A DNA stretch of 64,000 nt from Candidatus Bathyarchaeota archaeon. Lineage in GTDB: Archaea > Thermoproteota > Bathyarchaeia > Bathyarchaeales > Bathycorpusculaceae. Below, piece after piece: positions 1 to 8,397 of the stretch. Each line of letters starts with the position of its first letter. Position 1 is the stretch's first letter. Location of the stretch: contig CAVXDO010000004.1 of NCBI GenBank assembly GCA_963760595.1, forward strand, positions 22,002 through 86,001, in the 5' to 3' direction. Below the pieces are notes generated by a model that ran no database searches, was not told the DNA's origin, and worked only from the letters and a program-made list of their open reading frames with translations. Position numbers and translations under genes: made by a program.

Positions 1-1
1 G

Positions 2-664
2 AAAGACAAGTACATTAATGCTGCTGTAAGCCAGTTTCATGGTCTTCGGATTCTTCGTCAAGACCCTTGGGAATGTCTTGTCTCCTACATCTGTGCGACT
101 TACAAGAGTGTTGCGGCAATAAAGGGGATGCTGTTTAACTTGTCCAGAAAGTTCGGTGAAAAAGTCCGTTTTGATAACCAGATTTTCTATACGTTTCCAG
201 CTCCAGCAAAACTCGCGAAAGCTTCTGCAAGCGAGTTGACGGATTGCAGTCTCGGCTACCGGACAAAGTATGTTTCTGAAACCGCAAAAAGAGTACATGA
301 AGAGGGCTTTGACTTTCAAACGTTGACGAGAGCAAGCTATGAAGAAGCAAAAAAACAATTGATGAGTTTTCCCGGTGTTGGCCCAAAAGTTGCCGACTGT
401 GTCCTGCTCTTCTCGGTCGGCAAACTGGAGGCTTTTCCGGTGGACGTGTGGATAAAACGCGTAATTCTAAAATACTATGCGAACCATCTCCCAGAACAAC
501 TCACAGAAAAAGCTCGTGGTCAAAGATCGATTAGCAACGCGGAATACGAAACGCTGAACTCTTTCGGACGAGAGTATTTTGGTGAGTATGCTGGTTATGC
601 TCAAGAATACTTGTACCACTACGAGCGAGAGCACTTGAAATCTGCATTTCAGCCTGGTGCATGA
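2..664 (+). CDS. ogg: 8-oxoguanine DNA glycosylase / AP lyase (HhH-GPD superfamily), 5' end cut by window edge
   Basis: The frame is open from nt 2 with no stop. The upstream part reads RILRQDPWECLVSYICATYKSVAAIKGM. The helix-hairpin-helix/GPD motif FPGVGPKVADCVLLF is typical of Ogg-type glycosylases. Confidence 0.8.
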   Translation, partial: KDKYINAAVSQFHGLRILRQDPWECLVSYICATYKSVAAIKGMLFNLSRKFGEKVRFDNQIFYTFPAPAKLAKASASELTDCSLGYRTKYVSETAKRVHEEGFDFQTLTRASYEEAKKQLMSFPGVGPKVADCVLLFSVGKLEAFPVDVWIKRVILKYYANHLPEQLTEKARGQRSISNAEYETLNSFGREYFGEYAGYAQEYLYHYEREHLKSAFQPGA

Positions 665-904
665 CGCGGCTCTCATATGTGGAACAAGATTGGCAAAGTT
701 CGGCTAGAAGCGCGCGCTAGGAAGATGCTAGACCGAACTAGACCCGGGCGAAAAACTCCATGCCTTATTGAAGCAGGGGTTCGCGGAGAAAGAGCAAAAG
801 CGAATCAGACACGATGGGAAAACTCTCGATCTGATTACATTTGAGCTCAACAATTAACTCAAGATATGCTACCAAAATTCCTCGACAGATAGCTTAAATC
901 CAGA

Positions 905-918
905 AAACGTTTAAATTA
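905..918 (+). promoter_or_regulatory. Putative BRE/TATA box of the tRNA gene
   Basis: gaaaacgTTTAAATTA lies about 40 nt upstream of the tRNA 5' end. Spacing fits an archaeal TATA box plus a short leader. Sequence-only prediction. Confidence 0.35.
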
Positions 919-957
919 ACTTGAAACCAGCATACTAGACAAGTTCAAACAGTAAGC

Positions 958-1052
958 GGGCCCGTAGCTCAGCCAGGTTAGAGCGCCAGGCTCATAAATG
1001 TCCAGTACATTGAGAGACCTGTTGGTCGGGTGTTCAAATCGCCCCGGGCCCA
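958..1052 (+). tRNA. trnM: tRNA with CAT anticodon (elongator tRNA-Met, or tRNA-Ile2 if C34 is modified) carrying a 20-nt intron
   Basis: Cloverleaf folded by hand. Acceptor is GGGCCCG/CGGGCCC. D arm is GCTC-AGCCAGGTTA-GAGC. Anticodon stem is CCAGG with loop CTCATAA (CAT at 993-995). T arm is GGGTG-TTCAAAT-CGCCC, with discriminator A1052. A 20-nt insert at 997-1016 sits directly 3' of position 37 and contains its own AATGT/ACATT hairpin. CCA is not encoded. G1-C72 argues against an initiator. One C-U mismatch at 27-43. Confidence 0.85.
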
Positions 1053-1207
1053 CATCTCTCTGGACTGCTTTTAGATACTCTAGACGTAGCAAGAGCCCTG
1101 AATGTGTAATAATCGTGATCGCTTTCTCACTGAACAGAAACTGTTGAAGAGAAAAAGGAGGGATGCTCAGAGGAGCTTTGAAGCCGTTGGCTTTTGCGGG
1201 TTCGGCG

Positions 1208-4200
1208 TTAGGCTTTTGATCCGTACTCTATGGCAACCTGCGTCAGGTCAATGATGTTGACGAAATTGTTTTTATCGAAGTCAACTTTTGGATTCCAGTT
1301 GGAATCTCCGGGTCTGGAGTTGTACGCTATTCCGATAAGGCTTATGTCAAGAATATTGACTAACTCGTCGCCGTTCAAATCGCCCTTCAGCTGGACTGTG
1401 ATGTTAGCCACCGCTGCGGAGAGCCCCCCTTGATTGTCTGTCACGTTTAGCGTTACACTGTAGTTTCCGATATGATTGTAGTTGTGAGTAATAACGGGGT
1501 CAGTCACGGTTGTTACGTTTCCGTCGCCAAAGTCCCAACAGTAACTCACTATGCTTCCGTCTGGATCGTTCGATTCTGTAGCGTTGAAGCAAGTAGGCTT
1601 GTGCACGAAAGCAATTGGGCTGCTCAGATAATCGTAGCCGTTACACCCGAATGAAGCTACAGGCGGTCGATTCCCAATGACTTCTTCTCTTATGTTGTTT
1701 GTCTCGTCGTCTTCTTGGATCTCGCCGTTGGAGTCTGCGACTGCTTTGACGGTGTGGCTTCCTTCAACGTAAGTCCAAGTGAACGTCTTGTTGACCTCTT
1801 GTCCAACTGTAAGACTGGTTATTGACCATTCGCCTAGCTTTGTTTGGTTGATGTAGTACGCTGTCTTGAATGAAACAGCATTGGCAGTACCATTGTTCTT
1901 GATGGTAGCAGTGAAGGTAACAATGGTGCCACTCTGAGGAGTTTCTGGCACCCAAGAAATGTCGCTTATGATCAGGTCAGGCTTAGGCTTCCGACCCACT
2001 TGGAAAGCGGTCTCCTTCTCATTGTTTGTTTCAACTTTTTCCTCGACATCGTGGTTCGAGTCTACAAAAGCTTTGACAGTGTGATTGCCCTGAACAGCAG
2101 TCCACGTAAAGCTTTTAGTGATGTTTTGCCCGGCAGCAAGGCTCGTTATAGACCATTCACCGATCTTTGAGCCGTCAATGTAGTAGGCTGTTTTAAGAGA
2201 GCCGGCGTTGACAGGACCGCGATTTTTGATGTCAACCGTAAAAGTGACAGTGTTGCCTTCGATAGGAATTGATGGACTCCAAGAGATGTCTGAAATCATC
2301 AAGTCAGGTGTTTCGGTTGCAACCATCGCTCTTACTAGGAAGTCTATACCAGTGGTCTGTATCCATTGTGCTCCATCCCAAGCAAAGCTTCTGTTCTCAG
2401 GCTGGCTGATATCCAAGCCCAACGATGGTGCATTGGCGACTGTCCATTCCAGCGCAACGTAAAAGTCCACACCTGAGCTGACCGCAACCCGAAATGCGGA
2501 CAGATCGACATGGAACCATCCGAGAGTTGTCGGAGTTTTGAGAAATGGCTGGATCAAGTCAGTTCGGCGATTGTCCAATACGTGAACCTTGACAGTAGCT
2601 GGGTTATTATTGATGTAGAAACTGCACTCCGTCAATCGACCTGAAGTTGACGGAGTAAATCTGACTGCAAAAACGCCTCCGGCTGCTCGCCAAGACAAGC
2701 CGTCTTCAGGAGTTCCATCGTCATAGTAGAGTTCCATTTGGGGAAGCAACTTGGTGATTACTACTCTCCAGGATGGATCTGCCGTTGCAGTGTTTCCGGC
2801 GTTGGATATGATCAGAGTCAGATTTTCCATCGTCGGATCATATGACAACTCAGCGTAGCAGTCTTCAAGAGCGTCCAGAGGAAATCTCTTCCAGGCGATG
2901 TTTCCGTTTTGCTTCCAGGCGAAGGTTACGAGGTAGTTTGTAGTTAGATCGAGTCCATCAAAAAAGATTCTGTAATTCATTGTGTTCGGGTCCGGTTTTA
3001 TTGTGATGTAGTCGGTTGCCCATGTATTCATCCAAGCCTTATAGTTCACATTGCTTTTGTCTATCACAACGTAATCAGCCTCAAGAGAAGCATTATATTC
3101 ATATTGTAGCCATACTCCATTGAACGTGGTTTCTCCGGTAAGTTCTTCTCTGTAATCGGTTCCATCTACATAGTTTTCTTCCAAAAAGAGGTTTGCTATT
3201 GTGAACCCGTTGAACTCGTTTATGAAGCTTGAGCCTCGTCTAACTAAGACGTTGTTTATTGCGTCAATTCCATTAGTAACCACCATTTCCTCCCAGATCA
3301 CTTTGATCACGTCGTCTCCAAAAACCTCGGACAAACGCTTAGCAAAAATGAAATCCCCATATTCATGCCAACCATCGAACAATCTTAGACCCAAGGAATC
3401 ACAATTCTGGAACCAATCTGGAAGATACTGATAGTTGTCATTTACATCTGGATACACCTCGTCCTCCATGTACGTTGATGTTGCTTCCTCCCACCAACGC
3501 TCTTCTGTGCAATCGTAGTAAAATTGAATGGCATGGAAGAATTCGTGTGCCGCCGTCACTTGCATGGCCTGTAATGGTGGTTCGGGAAAACCCAGATAGT
3601 CATTGTCTACTTCTATGTGGCTGTAGGAGGGAGAGCTTGACTGCTCGGGAACAGTCCATCCATAAGCACTCATGTTGTAGACAAAAATGTCGTACCTTTG
3701 GTCCGGGTTTCTTCTGTTTGCATCGTTTGGCTCAGCCGCGTCGTCGCTTGGAGCATGAAAACCTCTATTGCCCACTTCGAAACCCCTGACATCCTCAAAG
3801 ATCCTAGCAAAATCCTCAATGTAATCTGGAACCCGATTAGTATTGGCATCGCGCAATGGCACAGCATCTGCGCTTGCACCGCCATCGGTTCCGTTTGTCC
3901 AATGCATTACGAAGTTTGTTGTATTGTAGAGTTCTGGCAACAAGTGTCTTTTTTGGTCATCTGCAGCGCCGCCAATGTCGGTTGGCCTCTTGAATACGAA
4001 GCCCAACTGACTTTGTGTTTCCGGATCGAGATTGTTCCAATTTTCTCTTATCTCTTGGATAACCGTCGTACCACTTTTCCTGTAAAGTCGTGCTTCGAAA
4101 GGAGACAACGCATATTCTAGAGGTAGCTTACTTGGGTCGAAAACGCGCCACGCCTTGTACAGCAGGTACTGACTGATGTCTATGATACCAGATTCATAAT

Positions 4201-4396
4201 CTACTTCGAGATTGTCCAAAGAAGCTTGCTTCGCATCTTCAAAGTTTGAGAGTGAAGATTGACTTGAGGTCTGATCTTCTTCCGATGCACTGTATTTTGT
4301 TTTCGCGTTTACATAAGGCATTGTACTGGACATCAGAATCGCCGCAAGTACTATCATCATTAGGCATCTGTTTCGGTTTCGCGTTAAAATTTCCAT
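1208..4396 (-). CDS. Large secreted multidomain protein: signal peptide, HExxH zinc-metallopeptidase-like region, 2 x CARDB, PKD domain, C-terminal dockerin-like module
   Basis: ATG at 4396 gives MEILTRNRNRCLMMIVLAAILMSSTMPYVNA (basic n-region, hydrophobic core, VNA cleavage-like site). The ORF also opens on TTG at 4435. Motifs seen are AAHEFFHAIQ, two about 105-aa repeats PDL(M/I)ISDISW...ETNN (CARDB-like), and WDFGDGN...NYSVTLNVTD (PKD). The C-terminus is GDLNGDELVNILD...PGDSNWNPKVDFDKNNFVNIIDLTQV (two EF-hand-like dockerin repeats). Confidence 0.85.
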   Translation of the reverse strand: MEILTRNRNRCLMMIVLAAILMSSTMPYVNAKTKYSASEEDQTSSQSSLSNFEDAKQASLDNLEVDYESGIIDISQYLLYKAWRVFDPSKLPLEYALSPFEARLYRKSGTTVIQEIRENWNNLDPETQSQLGFVFKRPTDIGGAADDQKRHLLPELYNTTNFVMHWTNGTDGGASADAVPLRDANTNRVPDYIEDFARIFEDVRGFEVGNRGFHAPSDDAAEPNDANRRNPDQRYDIFVYNMSAYGWTVPEQSSSPSYSHIEVDNDYLGFPEPPLQAMQVTAAHEFFHAIQFYYDCTEERWWEEATSTYMEDEVYPDVNDNYQYLPDWFQNCDSLGLRLFDGWHEYGDFIFAKRLSEVFGDDVIKVIWEEMVVTNGIDAINNVLVRRGSSFINEFNGFTIANLFLEENYVDGTDYREELTGETTFNGVWLQYEYNASLEADYVVIDKSNVNYKAWMNTWATDYITIKPDPNTMNYRIFFDGLDLTTNYLVTFAWKQNGNIAWKRFPLDALEDCYAELSYDPTMENLTLIISNAGNTATADPSWRVVITKLLPQMELYYDDGTPEDGLSWRAAGGVFAVRFTPSTSGRLTECSFYINNNPATVKVHVLDNRRTDLIQPFLKTPTTLGWFHVDLSAFRVAVSSGVDFYVALEWTVANAPSLGLDISQPENRSFAWDGAQWIQTTGIDFLVRAMVATETPDLMISDISWSPSIPIEGNTVTFTVDIKNRGPVNAGSLKTAYYIDGSKIGEWSITSLAAGQNITKSFTWTAVQGNHTVKAFVDSNHDVEEKVETNNEKETAFQVGRKPKPDLIISDISWVPETPQSGTIVTFTATIKNNGTANAVSFKTAYYINQTKLGEWSITSLTVGQEVNKTFTWTYVEGSHTVKAVADSNGEIQEDDETNNIREEVIGNRPPVASFGCNGYDYLSSPIAFVHKPTCFNATESNDPDGSIVSYCWDFGDGNVTTVTDPVITHNYNHIGNYSVTLNVTDNQGGLSAAVANITVQLKGDLNGDELVNILDISLIGIAYNSRPGDSNWNPKVDFDKNNFVNIIDLTQVAIEYGSKA

Positions 4397-4710
4397 TCTG
4401 AAAGTTATCCGTCTTGACAACTTCCTTTCTCCCAATTATCGCTGGTTTTGATGAGTAGCGTGCGGTAGATAACACTTGTGGAGAAATCTTTCAGTGTTAG
4501 AATACGCTTCACGAGCGTTGGGACTCTCAAGTTTAGAGGTGCTTTGAACGGCAAAGTGCATTTCCAGTCTCTGTCATTGGTTGAAACAGAATTACGCGAT
4601 TGAGAACCTTTCCTTTTTTCAACAATTCTGATAAAGAACGTAGATAGCGAATGCCGCTGACCGCTGCAATGGTAGCAAGAACTCTAGAAAGGTTGATGCG
4701 CACAACTTAT

Positions 4711-4938
4711 TTACTTTTTGATACCTCGATCTAGCACAACAGCTATTCTTCCGAAAAGTGTAAATTTCGGTTTAAGCAAATATCGTTTCGCTTGAGATTG
4801 ATCGATAATCTGCATGTCGTGGAGATAGATCGTGTATGTTTCGGTTCCTTGGCTGCCTGCGCCCTTCAACACCTGAGAGACTAGCACATCAACGTTTCCG
4901 TTTTTCTTCGGACTCCCAACGATTCCAAAAACTTTCAT
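4711..4938 (-). pseudogene. N-terminal fragment of a flavodoxin-fold NAD(P)H-dependent FMN reductase / iron-sulfur flavoprotein
   Basis: MKVFGIVGSPKKNGNVDVLVSQVLKGAGSQGTETYTIYLHDMQI matches the start of this family. Similarity is lost after about 45 aa and the ORF stops at 75 aa. The surrounding 4436-4991 is otherwise ORF-free. Confidence 0.4.
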
Positions 4939-4991
4939 AAAGCCTGCTCCCTTGTCGTATGGCTGTTTATGATTGAGAAAACAGTTCTTGA

Positions 4992-5471
4992 TTAGCCTTT
5001 CAGTTTTACAACCAGATTTGCAACTCTTTTTCCGAGCTCCTTACAGTCTACCATGTCCTTTGCGCTTGGAGAACCTACAGCTGCAGCGCCATAGTGTTTG
5101 TGGTCCGGTCGGCCTTGCACGATCATGCCATGAATCAGCATAGCTTGCAGTATAGACAGTAGTGTGGTTTCGGCTCCTGATGCAGTTCCTCCTGAGCTTG
5201 TGAAGGCTGCTCCGACTTTTCCCTTGAGCTTTCCGTGTATTTTGACTGATTTGTCAATGAAGCTCTTCAGTTTGCCAGACATTTCACCGTAGTAGGTAGG
5301 GGAACCCATTATGATGCCGTCTGAATTGCAGAGATCATTGAGAGTCGTCTTGCCAACTTTCTTGACAGCTATTTCAACCCCTTCAATTTGCTTGGCACCT
5401 TCGGCGACGGCGAATGCCATCTTGTCAGTGTTTCCGGTTTTGGAATCATATACTATTAGGATCTTGGTCAT
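4992..5471 (-). CDS. Flavodoxin-like NAD(P)H:quinone oxidoreductase (WrbA-type)
   Basis: MTKILIVYDSKTGNTDKMAFAVAEG...IIMGSPTYYGEMSGKLKSFIDK...AAFTSSGGTASGAETT. Start placed at the internal ATG 5471 (the ORF track opens at 5537). Confidence 0.8.
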   Translation of the reverse strand: MTKILIVYDSKTGNTDKMAFAVAEGAKQIEGVEIAVKKVGKTTLNDLCNSDGIIMGSPTYYGEMSGKLKSFIDKSVKIHGKLKGKVGAAFTSSGGTASGAETTLLSILQAMLIHGMIVQGRPDHKHYGAAAVGSPSAKDMVDCKELGKRVANLVVKLKG

Positions 5472-5607
5472 TTCTGTTCGCCCTCGAAGACCGAAGTATT
5501 GCGGGAATCCTATTTTAGATTTTATCCACGTGCGCATAGCTTAGCTGCGGGCTCAAGCGAGAAATAGAAGATTATTCCACAAGCTATAAGTGGCGATGAC
5601 TGCGTTA

Positions 5608-5701
5608 AAGTGATAATGAGGGAAGGATGGTAGCCTCGTTTACGAGGGGAGAAAGGAGAGAAGGGAAGAAAGTAAAAACTACCATTTCCCTCATTTCACT
5701 T
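5608..5701. repeat. Long imperfect inverted repeat / hairpin in a 570-nt ORF-free spacer
   Basis: Left arm is AAGTGATAATGAGGGAAGGATGGTAG (5608-5633). Right arm is CTACCATTTCCCTCATTTCACTT (5679-5701). About 23 paired positions with two small bulges. The 45-nt purine-rich loop holds a nested hairpin CCTCG-TTTA-CGAGG (5634-5647). Confidence 0.7.
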
Positions 5702-6044
5702 CCCTTAATGCATGCATATGTTGCTTTTAAATTTTTCTCCGAATTTTGAATCGGATTCCTAAAAAAGACAGACCAAAAAGGGTCTTTGGCCCATTGCTTG
5801 CCTTATTTCTTGCTTGGATTTCTCCGTTTCCACGAAAAGAGTGTGCATCACCCTAGAGTTTACTGTCAGTGAGGAGTTCTTGCATTTTGTAGCTTCCTCA
5901 TCCTGTTTTGAGGCTCATTTTTTTCTCGTGCAGCGGATCGTTCAGTCTCTCGGAAAAACATATGCTATGAGGTCATCTGTGTTCGACTCCTGAGGGCCCT
6001 CAATTCTCATCTTGGTTGACATTTGGTCTAGCTAAGCAGTAAGG

Positions 6045-6623
6045 CTACTTGAATTCTTTCACTGTGTCGTCTACTGTCACTATTTTGGCGTTGTAAATGT
6101 CTTTCAGATATTTTAGTCCTTGTTCGTGGTCTTCCTGGGTGAAGGCTTCAACTCCGTCTCTGGCCACGACTATTTTGTACCCTCTGAAAAAGGCGTCAGC
6201 TGCGGTGTGTCTAACACATATGTTAGTGTGCAATCCAGTTAGGATTACTGTTTTCACTCCTTCACCATGATATAGGCCTCGCAATAGCATGTCGAGGCCG
6301 GTTTCGTGAAAGCCGCTGTAGGTTCTTTTTTCTAGGAGGTAGTCTTTCTGTGCTGGTTTCAATTCGGGGATGACTTCCGCTCCTTTGGTGCCCTTTATCG
6401 CGTGTTTTCCCCATCTTTCGACGACTTCTTCATCTATTGGAAGGTGAGCGTCGTTGCTGAAGACCACAGGAACGTTGTTTTTGTGCGCTGCTGTGATCAG
6501 TTTTTTCAGGTTTGGAATTATGTGCTCAGCTCTCTCGCATTTCAGATCGCCCGTGACGAAGTCGTTTAGCATGTCAAGAACAATCACGGCTTTGTTGTTC
6601 AAGAAACTTATCACCTTATTCAA
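6045..6623 (-). CDS. pncA: Isochorismatase-family cysteine hydrolase, nicotinamidase-like
   Basis: VIVLDMLNDFV..., FSNDAH..., TGLHTNICVRHTAADAFFRGYKIVV. This gives the catalytic Asp/Lys/Cys pattern of nicotinamidase/isochorismatase hydrolases. Confidence 0.75.
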   Translation of the reverse strand: MNKVISFLNNKAVIVLDMLNDFVTGDLKCERAEHIIPNLKKLITAAHKNNVPVVFSNDAHLPIDEEVVERWGKHAIKGTKGAEVIPELKPAQKDYLLEKRTYSGFHETGLDMLLRGLYHGEGVKTVILTGLHTNICVRHTAADAFFRGYKIVVARDGVEAFTQEDHEQGLKYLKDIYNAKIVTVDDTVKEFK

Positions 6624-6723
6624 TTTAGGCTGGGAACATTAAAAATAGTTTACGGTTGGTCAAGGTGTTGGTGGCAAAATCTTTATGTGACGATCGCATA
6701 AATGGAAGTCTCTCTGGATGTGA

Positions 6724-7932
6724 GTGACAGTGAAAAAGGATGTTGACAGGATTTTGGCGGAGAAAGGGCTAGACTCAATGTTGTTCTATTCTGAAAGTTA
6801 CCAGAACGCGAACATGTACTATCTATCAGGGTTCAAGGCGCCTGACCCGTTTATTTTTCTCAAGAGAGTCGGCGAAGACCCGTTGATGATCGTTAACCAG
6901 ATGGAGCTGTCTAGGGCTAAAAAGGAAGCCGGTGTCAAGGATGTGCGATCGTATCATGACTATAACTTCATGCAGATTGTAAAGTCCGCTCCTGACCCTA
7001 AAGTTGGCGGAATGAAGTTTGTAGCTTCTGTGGCTAAGAAAGAATTGGGAACTCGTAAGCCGATTTTTGTGGCTCCGAGTTTTCCGACTATGCTGGGGGA
7101 CGTTTTGAGAAGTGAAGGCTTGAAAATAAAACCCGTGTTTGACGTGGTGGAAAAGGCAAGAGAAACCAAGGAGCCCGAAGAGATAAAGGCCATCAAGTAC
7201 GTTCAGAAGACCGTGGAGGAGGCAACTTCGAAAGCGATTGAACTAGTCGCCAACGCCGAGGTCGGAGCAAACGGAACACTGTTTTGCCGAGAGGGTGGCA
7301 AGAGGAAACAGCTGCTCGTGGGCAGAGTGCGGTCGGTTTTTGATCATACGTTTGTGACCAGAGGTTGCGTGTCCGAGGGCGAAACGATAATTGCCTGTGG
7401 ACCAGGAGGTGCAGATCCTCACTATACGGGTAAGGCGGAGGACGTTTTGAAGGCAGAACAGCCTATCGTTATGGATGTTTTTCCAAGGAGCGTCGGAAAC
7501 CGGTATTTCTCAGACATGACGCGTACTGTTGTGAAGGGGAGAGCATCGAAGCCTGTGAGGAAGATGTTTGAGGCAGTGCTTGAAGCAAGGAACGCGGCTT
7601 TGGACGCTATAAAGGCTGGGGTCTTGGGAAGCAAGATGCAGAACCTTTGCTATGACGTGCTGGAAAAGGCGGGCTACGAGACAACAAGGGGCGGAAAGCA
7701 GATCAGCAAAGGTTATACACACGGGCTTGGCCACGGAGTCGGACTGGAGGTTCATGAAGGCCCATCAATGGGTGAATTGGCGAAGTCTCCGCTCGAAGAG
7801 CATAACATCGTCACCGTTGAACCCGGCTTGTATGATCCCAAGATAGGCGGAATGCGAATAGAGGACATCGTGGAAGTTACGAAAAAAGGTTGCAATAACC
7901 TGACAAAGATGGAGATCTGCCTAGAAGTCTAG
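6724..7932 (+). CDS. M24-family Xaa-Pro aminopeptidase/dipeptidase
   Basis: Pita-bread fold metal ligand motifs: VMDVFPRSVGNRYFSDMTRT, HGLGHGVGLEVHEGP, EPGLYDPKIGGMRIEDIV. GTG start. Confidence 0.85.
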   Translation: MTVKKDVDRILAEKGLDSMLFYSESYQNANMYYLSGFKAPDPFIFLKRVGEDPLMIVNQMELSRAKKEAGVKDVRSYHDYNFMQIVKSAPDPKVGGMKFVASVAKKELGTRKPIFVAPSFPTMLGDVLRSEGLKIKPVFDVVEKARETKEPEEIKAIKYVQKTVEEATSKAIELVANAEVGANGTLFCREGGKRKQLLVGRVRSVFDHTFVTRGCVSEGETIIACGPGGADPHYTGKAEDVLKAEQPIVMDVFPRSVGNRYFSDMTRTVVKGRASKPVRKMFEAVLEARNAALDAIKAGVLGSKMQNLCYDVLEKAGYETTRGGKQISKGYTHGLGHGVGLEVHEGPSMGELAKSPLEEHNIVTVEPGLYDPKIGGMRIEDIVEVTKKGCNNLTKMEICLEV

Positions 7933-8228
7933 CCGCCACTCACGATGGGCATCAAGGTCACGTGGTCTCCGTCCTTTAGCTTGGTGCAGACTCCTTTCAG
8001 CTGATTAAGCAGGAAACCGTTCACAGTGGCTATAAAATTAGATTTTACATCAGACCCGCTTGGCTCGTAAACCGCTTTCTTGAAGGGGTTTCCGTATTTT
8101 TCAGAAAGCATCGTAAGCAACTCGGCAATCGTGGAGTCCTCTCTGATTTCGACTTCTTCTTCTCTTTTGTTCCCAATGATGTTCTTAATGTGCCCCAAGT
8201 ACTCAACGCTAATTTTCAAGCCAAACAC
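7929..8228 (-). CDS. MoaD/ThiS-family ubiquitin-like small protein (SAMP-like), C-terminal GG
   Basis: 99 aa ending ...GDHVTLMPIVSGG. GTG start. Its stop overlaps the stop of the convergent M24 peptidase gene in the tetranucleotide CTAG. Confidence 0.75.
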   Translation of the reverse strand: MFGLKISVEYLGHIKNIIGNKREEEVEIREDSTIAELLTMLSEKYGNPFKKAVYEPSGSDVKSNFIATVNGFLLNQLKGVCTKLKDGDHVTLMPIVSGG

Positions 8229-8260
8229 CGAAGTGTCTTGAATAATCTAAAGTTAACGTC

Positions 8261-8276
8261 ATTATATATCCGTTTC
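8261..8276 (-). promoter_or_regulatory. Putative BRE/TATA box of the SAMP-like gene
   Basis: Minus-strand reading is GAAACGGATATATAAT, 33-48 nt upstream of the GTG start at 8228. Confidence 0.4.
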
Positions 8277-8397
8277 AGTCTAGAGCGCGCTAGAAATGTA
8301 GGGTGGATAGATCCTTTGCAGGGAGTCTCTTGGCTCGAGAAAATGTCTATATACGCGAAACAGTTGAAGATGCCTAATCACTGACGCTGGTGGTTCT

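Noticed and set aside
1690-2330. Tandem repeat at the DNA level that could be mistaken for a repeat array.
   Set aside because: It is the two in-frame CARDB domain copies of the large secreted protein. There is no spacer/repeat periodicity of CRISPR type anywhere in the window, and no cas genes.
958-4500. The tRNA gene as a possible integration site of a genomic island (large secreted protein and decayed gene next to it).
   Set aside because: No integrase or recombinase is present, and no direct repeat of the tRNA 3' half was seen downstream. The evidence is insufficient.
7929-7932. Convergent genes sharing the palindrome CTAG as overlapping stop codons (also at 10080-10083 for mcmA and the biotinyl protein).
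   Set aside because: This is a real observation, but it is explained by genome compaction and the self-complementarity of TAG/CTA. There is no evidence of function.
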